A DNA stretch of 64,000 nucleotides, taken from the IMG/VR virus record IMGVR_UViG_3300029288_002061, positions 1 to 64,000 of that record. One strand, given 5' to 3'. The stretch is from a virus. Lineage: Duplodnaviria > Caudoviricetes. Position 1 is the stretch's first letter. Each line of letters begins with the position of its first letter. The position numbers and the translations under genes were made by a program. Positions 56,932 to 64,000 of this stretch are shown piece by piece. The notes under the pieces were generated by a model that ran no database searches, had not been told where the DNA came from, and saw only the letters and a program-made list of their open reading frames with translations.

Positions 56932-58104
56932 CTAACATACCGGAACATCAGTAGGAACGTCCGGTACAGAACTTGTTGTGGTTACGCAGTTTGCATAATA
57001 ATCCCATACCGACCAAGGCTGTTCAAAACCCATAGTATCCACGAAATCAGGATTCGGGGTACTCCAAGTCAATGTCCCGCAGTCATAGTAGCTCGACCAG
57101 TAGTAATAGCATGACGGCGTTACCGCCGGTGGGGCCGGGACTGCCGGAGTTATTGTGACTTTGACATAATATACGCCCCAGTCTGTCCAATCCTGTACCT
57201 CCCCTGTGGTATCAACGTAGGTAAGCGTTACAGACCAAGAGCTTGTAAAGCAGTTATACATGGCTTGCCAGTAGAAATAGCACGTTGGTACTGGCAGAAT
57301 GCCTAGGTCTGGTGAAAGATAAGACTGTTTATTAACTCTTACATATCCAGTAGGATCGTTATCAAACCACGGATATTCCGGGCCGGTGCTTGACGATGAG
57401 GACAGTGACCATCTGGCATTTGCGCAATCATAGGTCGCCACCCATTTAAGGTAGGATATGACGGGCATAAAAGAGCATGTCGGGGTTATCGCCACGGTAC
57501 CGGAGCTGTTAAAAGTTACGAAAGATACGTTGATCGACAACGGCTCAAAGGAAAATGTCAGCGTCTTCAGATCATTGGATGTTATGCTCCCGCCGGATTG
57601 GATATATGGAATTCTGGCCGCGTCCAAGGCATACGTGAGCTGTTCCGCAGTTACCGTACCGTTCAACACAACGCTATAGCTACCCACGGTGAGCGTAAAA
57701 GAGACACAATCCACCAAACTTGTAGTGGGGATAATGACAAATCCGTGTGCGACAGTTAGGCTGTTTGAGGTTATTGTCGGAACCTCTTTGGACAGTACAA
57801 GAAGGCCGTTTGATACCGTAGTACCGAGGGTAATGGTAGTTGGCCTGCTAGTAAAGTCCAGTTGGCTTGTATAGGCGGAGTACGCCGGAACCGACCCTGA
57901 GTTGATAGGGGTACTGCATACGTATGCGGTCGCTATACAATCCGGACAATCGTCATAAGTCGAATAATCGTATTGAGATGTGTAATCTTCCCAGTCGCCC
58001 GTTCGGTAGCCGGTTACATCGTGACTACTTAGGTTATAGCATACCCGGCCAGAACGGAAGTTCGGAATCGGTATGGCATTAACTGGAAGTCTGATCTGTA
58101 CCAT
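56932..58104 (-). CDS. Cys/Trp-rich repeat virion accessory protein
   Basis: Three W.A.Y.C....WS repeats. Confidence 0.65.
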   Translation of the reverse strand: MVQIRLPVNAIPIPNFRSGRVCYNLSSHDVTGYRTGDWEDYTSQYDYSTYDDCPDCIATAYVCSTPINSGSVPAYSAYTSQLDFTSRPTTITLGTTVSNGLLVLSKEVPTITSNSLTVAHGFVIIPTTSLVDCVSFTLTVGSYSVVLNGTVTAEQLTYALDAARIPYIQSGGSITSNDLKTLTFSFEPLSINVSFVTFNSSGTVAITPTCSFMPVISYLKWVATYDCANARWSLSSSSSTGPEYPWFDNDPTGYVRVNKQSYLSPDLGILPVPTCYFYWQAMYNCFTSSWSVTLTYVDTTGEVQDWTDWGVYYVKVTITPAVPAPPAVTPSCYYYWSSYYDCGTLTWSTPNPDFVDTMGFEQPWSVWDYYANCVTTTSSVPDVPTDVPVC

Positions 58105-58396
58105 TATTACACCCGCAATCTGGAAGTTTTCCGGGTAGATAGTGGCGGCAGGATCCGCCACTGATCTTCGGACATACTTCGGTTATAACCGTCTTGTCGC
58201 TACATGATTTACCGTCTTCTCCAAGGTACTGACAATTTGGCACGTAAGAAGGTTTATAAATACTTGCAAGATACTTCTCTGCATCACCTTTACAGGCTTT
58301 TAGACATACGTTGATATCCGGCATACCGCCAAACTTATTGAGTTTGCACCGGATAAGACCTTCTTTGTCTGTAGCTTCCATACATGGGTATTCCAT
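58079..58396 (-). CDS. Cys-rich hypothetical protein
   Basis: 10 Cys, ends CGCN. Confidence 0.55.
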   Translation of the reverse strand: MEYPCMEATDKEGLIRCKLNKFGGMPDINVCLKACKGDAEKYLASIYKPSYVPNCQYLGEDGKSCSDKTVITEVCPKISGGSCRHYLPGKLPDCGCNNGTDQTSS

Positions 58397-58406
58397 GTTG
58401 TTCTCC

Positions 58407-59144
58407 TTATGGTATTACGGCTTCTATAACAAAAGAAGACGGGGCTAGCGCATTGCTTGTACCAGCAATCCCATAGCCAGAAGCATCCGTCCCACAAGGC
58501 AACGCCGTATACACGCCAGCGGGCGTAACGCCTGTTGTTTTAATCCATACGTGAGTAGAACTCCAACTCCACCCCGATCCAGAAGAAGACATAGAAAAGT
58601 AGAATACCCACGCTACCCCCGGTTTAAGATGTAGATACATACCCGCACCACAACCGGAAGGGCCGCAACCTTTTGGAGCTAGCAATGTTCCCGGTATCCT
58701 AATGGGGGATGACTCATTTACATAATCTACAGTCCACTTCCAATTACACTGTGAGATTGGTTGTGCATTTATTAGATCAGTCATCAATGGTTGATCTTCA
58801 GACACAACCTGAGTGAACGCGTCCGGACATGGTTGGAAATTAGCAAAGTTTAGTCTATATTGTCTATAGATAGGATCTAACGTATATCCGCAAGAAGGGA
58901 TAGTGCTGTTTGCCACCTGTGTAAAAGTATCAGTAGTACACGGGCATGTCGGTGGGACGGACACCGCGTTTTGACAATCAGAACACGTAGCATAAGTACC
59001 GAAGTCATTATACGGCGTGTCTACAATTTCGTCCCACGACGTATCAGGCGTGCCTTCAACGCCCCAGTCGGTTCTACGATAACACACCCCGTTTGAGCGG
59101 AAGAATTGGATATCTGACGTTGTGTGTGGAAGAATAATTGCCAT
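58407..59144 (-). CDS. Cys-rich virion accessory protein
   Basis: FRSNGVCY...TCSDC N-terminus shared with 56932-58104. Confidence 0.6.
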   Translation of the reverse strand: MAIILPHTTSDIQFFRSNGVCYRRTDWGVEGTPDTSWDEIVDTPYNDFGTYATCSDCQNAVSVPPTCPCTTDTFTQVANSTIPSCGYTLDPIYRQYRLNFANFQPCPDAFTQVVSEDQPLMTDLINAQPISQCNWKWTVDYVNESSPIRIPGTLLAPKGCGPSGCGAGMYLHLKPGVAWVFYFSMSSSGSGWSWSSTHVWIKTTGVTPAGVYTALPCGTDASGYGIAGTSNALAPSSFVIEAVIP

Positions 59145-59153
59145 TTTGCTCTC

Positions 59154-59870
59154 CTATGCGCATACTTCATAAATATCCACCAAAACTTCCGGCGGTACTG
59201 GGTCGTCACAAACTTCATAAATATCAACAAGATCCACAGGATCCGTGCAACGCTCATAAATATCCACCGATTCCGTACAACTGTCATAGATATCAAGCTG
59301 TTCCGGACATACCGGTGTTACTGTTGGGGCCGCCGGTGGAGTGGAGGATAAGGTAGTCCGTGTGCAAGATAATCCGGCGCATGACCAATCCGATTCCGGA
59401 CCTATCTTATCCACACTTACCAGAACAACCGTCCAAGTGTGGGTATCACATGAATATGTGGCACCCCAGTGATAATAATCGGGTTCTGTGTCACATCTTG
59501 ACAGCTCCCACCAATCTCCATGATACCAAATGATTGTCTGTCCATCCAAAAAGGTCTTCCCGGTATTGGTCTTTTCCGGGTTTCCGTCTATGGTATCCGC
59601 CGTGATTATGTAGAGCATCCCGTCTTGGACTTCCAAACGGGAAGGAAATTCATTGGATTTGGATATGTTCCCGGCATAACAGAAAGGAATCCTATATCCG
59701 ACCGCTTCATACCGGTTTAGGTCATTCAGGACTTGTACCGACCCTGACCGGATAATTTGCTGCATAAACGGATTTACAACACTTGATATGTAAGAGCTGA
59801 AACACCCCGGAAAGAGTGTTTCGCCTGTGGGGAGGTCTATGATGTTCTTTGACTTGTTATACAGATACAT
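59154..59870 (-). CDS. Virion accessory protein with DIYExC repeats
   Basis: Four DIY(D/E)xC repeats, one W.ATY.C repeat. Confidence 0.6.
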   Translation of the reverse strand: MYLYNKSKNIIDLPTGETLFPGCFSSYISSVVNPFMQQIIRSGSVQVLNDLNRYEAVGYRIPFCYAGNISKSNEFPSRLEVQDGMLYIITADTIDGNPEKTNTGKTFLDGQTIIWYHGDWWELSRCDTEPDYYHWGATYSCDTHTWTVVLVSVDKIGPESDWSCAGLSCTRTTLSSTPPAAPTVTPVCPEQLDIYDSCTESVDIYERCTDPVDLVDIYEVCDDPVPPEVLVDIYEVCA

Positions 59871-59872
59871 AG

Positions 59873-60241
59873 TTATAACCCACAATATACATACCAGTTA
59901 GAGCCATTATACAGCGCAATCCACCCGGTTTCCATGCTTTGTGCATCCGGAGTTGTGCAATTCTCGGACGCCGCTACCAGCCATCCCTTCTCCGGGCCTG
60001 TCGGGAATGTCCCCGTTTTGGCTAGACCTTTGTAGACAAGGCGACTGCATACGTTTGCAGTTTCAACCGAATCCAGTATCACAGCCGCCCTATTCCGGAC
60101 GGCGCGCTGGACTTCCGGAGCCAAGGACTCTTCATCCGTGATTTCTTCACTGATTTCGTCCGGGAAAAGGATAATTCTATTCCCAGTAAGCGGGATATTC
60201 AGTGTGAGTACGGTAGATTGGATATTCTTGATATACGGCAT
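59873..60241 (-). CDS. Virion accessory protein
   Basis: N-terminus paralogous to 46332-46541. Confidence 0.55.
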   Translation of the reverse strand: MPYIKNIQSTVLTLNIPLTGNRIILFPDEISEEITDEESLAPEVQRAVRNRAAVILDSVETANVCSRLVYKGLAKTGTFPTGPEKGWLVAASENCTTPDAQSMETGWIALYNGSNWYVYCGL

Positions 60242-60250
60242 GGCTACCTC

Positions 60251-60281
60251 AAAAATACCGGGGGATTGGCTACCCCCGGCG
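60251..60281 (-). terminator. Intrinsic terminator
   Basis: CCGGGGG...CCCCCGG-TATTTTT. Confidence 0.75.
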
Positions 60282-60291
60282 ATTGAGAGTC

Positions 60292-61755
60292 TTAGGCAAC
60301 GTAAGCTACTACGATGTTATCACCGGTTGTCAGATCACCACTCAGGGTAACAGTCGGGCCACCAGCGGCATTGATGATGATCTTTTCCGCGTCCGTGGTA
60401 AGGTCGATTTCAAAGTCCGGAGTAACACCAGAAAGACCGCTTACCACGCTGTAGTTGGCCTGTTCCGGGCCGCCAAGCGGGAAAATCCGGACGCTTTGAG
60501 CGTTCTTGGGGATAAACGACCATCCAGAGATGTCGATATAACCAGCGGTATTCTCACCAACGGTGATCGTGTGACCGACTTGCTTGGTAGATTCCGTACT
60601 GACACCGGCGATAGCGGTATCAATACCCTTTAGGTGATTGGTGATACCGGCATAGGTGATACTCGGCGTGTAATTTACCGGGGTGTATGTGGAATCCACA
60701 GGAACGCTTGAGCTATCCACCTGATTGGCACCAGAACCAAAGTCGATATGGGTTTCATTGATACCGTCGGCCTTGACATTCAATGTGCCAGAGTTATTCG
60801 TTACCGTGGCGTTATCAACCAAGATACCAGCACCATTGGAGTTGAGGTTGAGCGGAACAACCGTCGCTCCGGTTTCGGTATCCGGGTCAATCGCAAGCTG
60901 ATCGGCAGAGCCACCAGCACCAACCGTAAGACCGCTGTTTGTGGCAAGGTCGATACCGACTTCATTGGTCGGGAGTTCCTTAAGACCGGCACCCATAACG
61001 ACACTGAATTGGTTTCCAATCAGAGTAAGACCAGTCCCGGCTGTATATGTCTGACCACCGCCGAATTGTACGAAAGTTATGTCTGTGACACCAATCGTGA
61101 TAGAAGTCGCGGTTTGAATAAATTGCTTATTGATGTTTGCAGATCCGTCTGCTACCATAACTGCCGCGCCTACAAGCTCTTCACCGGTGTTGGCATCGGC
61201 TGTACGCACCCATGCCGTTGTGGATACCTCATAGATACCGTTTTATGTTTCGTCTGTCTGATCTTTTACCAGAATGCGGTCGCCAGCAACAAGAGCCACG
61301 GTATCAACAGTCTGTTCACCGCTCAGTGTCAAATCAGAGCCAGCGGAAGCTGCCTTGACATAGTTCTTCCAGCTAATACCTTCGGCGATGGCATCGACGT
61401 AAGCCTTTGTAGTAGGTGCATTTGCATTAGAGCCGCCAGTGATGGTCGGGACAGTAATGGTTGCGCCGGTAAAATTGTGGATACCTGTCCAAACAAAGTT
61501 GCTTGACTGACTAATTTGCGTGGAAGTCACGCCACTGTTCGGAATATAGAGCTGACCGGAACCGTTCACATTGATGGTGGACGCATCTACTGTTGCACTC
61601 ACGCCGTCAGCATCTACGGTAATACCACTGAGTTCCTTCGGCTTAACCGAGATAGCCGTCCCACCGGCACCTTGAAGACCGTTGCCAATGGCGGACGTGT
61701 TAATCTTCGCCGCTGTGACTGCGTTATTCGCAATCCACTTCGTTTGTGTCATCAT
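60292..61755 (-). CDS. Head fibre/decoration-type protein interrupted by one in-frame TAA
   Basis: TKAYVD, GDRILVKDQTDET*NGIYEV...W.R.AD, YTAGTGL; the two listed ORFs are in frame across TAA 61243-61245. Confidence 0.7.
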
Positions 61756-61758
61756 CTC

Positions 61759-62430
61759 TTAGCTCTCCTTGTACATAATGGTTACTACGTCACCTACATC
61801 AATGATTCCGTCGATTCCAAGGCCGTTCCACATAACCGTTGGACCGGCGATATTTACTGCGTAATCCAAGCCATAAGTCATGCTGGGAGCGTTTCTTATG
61901 GACATAATATTATCCGTCTCTGTTATTGGGGCCGACGGAAGGGTAAACCATTTATTTGCCATATCTGTAGCGTCAATGGTCTTGACAAAGATCTTGTAAG
62001 ACGTTCCACCGCCACCGCCACCATGAGCTTTCAGCCAGTCGACAGCGCCTTGGACATTTGTTGCCGGAATAGCCGAAACCGCATTGTCATACTCAACTTC
62101 CGAGGCGTCCTGCATATTCAGGGCGTCAAGGAATGCCCACTGATGGACTCCGCCGACAAGTTGAACCCAGTACAGACCATTCCCCGACGGGGATCCCGCA
62201 TTTTGGCGGACAATATAAATGGTTTTTGGTTCCAACGTTGCCGGATCGGGCAATTCCGCATAGGTATTTACAGCACCGGAAATACCAAAGATTGCGGCTG
62301 TTACCGCATCTGAGGTATCATCAAAAGCGTCCTTAATACGGAATTGTAGTGTGTCAAACGCCTCAAAAAGAGCGGGCCGACGACCTTCTACCATCTCAAA
62401 AGGCTGTATCGTAAACCATGTCTGTGCCAT
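61759..62430 (-). CDS. Virion fibre-like protein
   Basis: V.TYAELP, ATNVQGAVD motifs. Confidence 0.6.
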   Translation of the reverse strand: MAQTWFTIQPFEMVEGRRPALFEAFDTLQFRIKDAFDDTSDAVTAAIFGISGAVNTYAELPDPATLEPKTIYIVRQNAGSPSGNGLYWVQLVGGVHQWAFLDALNMQDASEVEYDNAVSAIPATNVQGAVDWLKAHGGGGGGTSYKIFVKTIDATDMANKWFTLPSAPITETDNIMSIRNAPSMTYGLDYAVNIAGPTVMWNGLGIDGIIDVGDVVTIMYKES

Positions 62431-62466
62431 ACGTTCCTCCTGTTCTGATACAACCCATTATAGCTA

Positions 62467-62808
62467 TTAGACAGCCGTACCAGTAGCATCGACCCAACCA
62501 GCGGTAGCTCTCCAAATTGGCTTGCTCAGGGTTGTATCAAAGTAGCGATACCCAACGTTTGCTTTGGTATAAGTTGGCCGCTGTGCTGTAGTTCCGACAT
62601 GGGCATCCATGACACTCATCACAAACGCGCCAGTTCCGGTATCAATAGTGTTGGCAAGAACCTGTTTTGCTGTGATTTCGTCATCAGCATCGTCAAAACC
62701 ATCCTGAATACGTTGTTCCAGATTGTCAAAAGTGTTTGACAAAGAGTTCTTTGTCTGTGAGTCCTGAATAGCTGTTTCTTATGCTACAAACCAATTCTGA
62801 TTAGCCAT
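62467..62808 (-). CDS. Virion protein with in-frame TAA at codon 10
   Basis: AAGGAG-ATG MANQNWFVA*ETAIQD aligns with MAQTWFTIQ of the neighbour; GTTAQRP...YFDTTL.KPIW...WVDATG fibre motif. Confidence 0.6.
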
Positions 62809-62846
62809 AGTATGCTCCTTGATTATCCATTGTTATTACCGCTACT

Positions 62847-64000
62847 CTATGCAATAGGGCCAACTGCCGCAGCAATACGATCAAGGGCAGTTTTGACATC
62901 CACCGGTGCTGTACCACTCCAATCGGCGACAACAGCAGGGGAATAGCTGATATTATCCGACCCACGGAAAGTTATCGCAGTACCTGATAAGGCACCAGCA
63001 GAAATGAATTGAACACCCTCTACAGACGTAGGTTTGGCACCACAAACCACATTGCCAACAGATATTACGCCTAGGAGCATGTTTGGATCGGTAGCAACGG
63101 CACCGTTAGCGGACACGTCAGCAGCATTGCCGCCGAGTGTGTTGATAAGCTGCACCGCTATCCCGATAACAGTACCGCCGGTAGACAAAATAGTCCCGGT
63201 AGGAGCAGCAGAGCTTACTATCATGGTATTCAGCACAAGACGCCCGCCAGTCTGAACGATGGCATTAGCCGTGCCGGTGGATGCAATTGTCCCAAGGAAC
63301 ATTTGCAGCTTGCCGGTGCTTGTCATTGTAATCGCTTGTACATCCGAAGCAGCGGGGATAACATGGGTATTCCAAGACTGCACGACAGCATCACCACCAA
63401 CGGCAAGCCTCGACGCTATATAGCAGTCTGACATGGAGCATGACGCATTGATAGTCAACGCCTTGGTATTACCGGAGAACACGATAAACCGGAGACTAAC
63501 CGGATTTCCTACAGAAACCGTGACATCCCCTGTAATGGAGACAGCTGAGTTTCCTGAACCGTGCAAGGACACGCCTGAAGGAAGAACGATATCTTCAGTA
63601 TAGGCACCGCTTGCAATATTGATGAGCGTTCCGATAGTAGCAACAGCTACGGCGGCATTGATTGTGGTGAATGGACGAAGGATAGTTCCATCAGCCGTAT
63701 AGGTATCAACACGATTTGCATCTACCCAAAGAACCTTTGTGGCTGGCGGAACGATAACATCGGTCACTTTTATAGTAGATGTCAGGGCTTTCCGGCTTGC
63801 ATCCCCGGCGAGGAGATAGTCAACCGTAAAATCTGCGTCTGCTGTCACAACAGGTGTAGGTATGGGAAGTTGTGACGACAGCCAAGTAGCACCAGCCCAG
63901 AATATCTCATCACCGGCACTGAATGTCTGCCCAGTGACAACATCTTCGGCTTCCGCCGTAACCGAATACAGAAAGCCTACCGCAAGAGTACCGGCAGCGT
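62847..64000 (-). CDS. Beta-helix (pectin-lyase-like) spike protein, 5' end outside the window
   Basis: DGT..RPF.TI.AA, I.IA.G.Y.E; frame open to the window edge. Confidence 0.7.
   Translation of the reverse strand, partial: AAGTLAVGFLYSVTAEAEDVVTGQTFSAGDEIFWAGATWLSSQLPIPTPVVTADADFTVDYLLAGDASRKALTSTIKVTDVIVPPATKVLWVDANRVDTYTADGTILRPFTTINAAVAVATIGTLINIASGAYTEDIVLPSGVSLHGSGNSAVSITGDVTVSVGNPVSLRFIVFSGNTKALTINASCSMSDCYIASRLAVGGDAVVQSWNTHVIPAASDVQAITMTSTGKLQMFLGTIASTGTANAIVQTGGRLVLNTMIVSSAAPTGTILSTGGTVIGIAVQLINTLGGNAADVSANGAVATDPNMLLGVISVGNVVCGAKPTSVEGVQFISAGALSGTAITFRGSDNISYSPAVVADWSGTAPVDVKTALDRIAAAVGPIA

Overview
This window is a 64 kb segment of a large contractile-tailed (myovirus-type) bacteriophage genome, with essentially every real gene on the minus strand. 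The right part (about 23.5-64 kb) is the virion module: Cys-rich and fibre-like accessory proteins, portal, prohead protease/scaffold, HK97-type major capsid, neck, sheath, two tail tubes, a frameshifting tail chaperone, tape measure, an eCIS-like baseplate (VgrG-like hub and spike, PAAR, gp25, gpJ, DUF6519-like protein) and a probable lysis cassette containing a stand-alone response-regulator receiver. The left part (0-23.5 kb) is an early/accessory region driven by 11 similar sigma70-type promoters. It holds 5 tRNAs, an RNA ligase, a nucleotidyltransferase, two adenine MTases, a MoxR AAA+/VWA pair, an FTR-like protein, a degenerate UDG, a tandem array of small Cys-rich paralogs and several structured intergenic RNA candidates. 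The main candidate novel system is a divergent minimal type I-C-like Cascade operon (cas5-cas8c with internal cas11-cas7) with no cas3, cas1/2 or conventional array in the window. It is followed by a ~250-nt structured RNA candidate and a 36-nt CRISPR-repeat-like hairpin. Four relatives of that hairpin are dispersed singly through the window, and one is followed by a ~30-nt spacer-like variant copy of the neighbouring gene. Separately, an 18-bp palindrome (TGCAnACGTnTGCA core) occurs 15 times, about every 4 kb, including inside genes. All protein family calls come from motif recognition by eye and RNA structures from manual pairing; no searches or folding programs were run.
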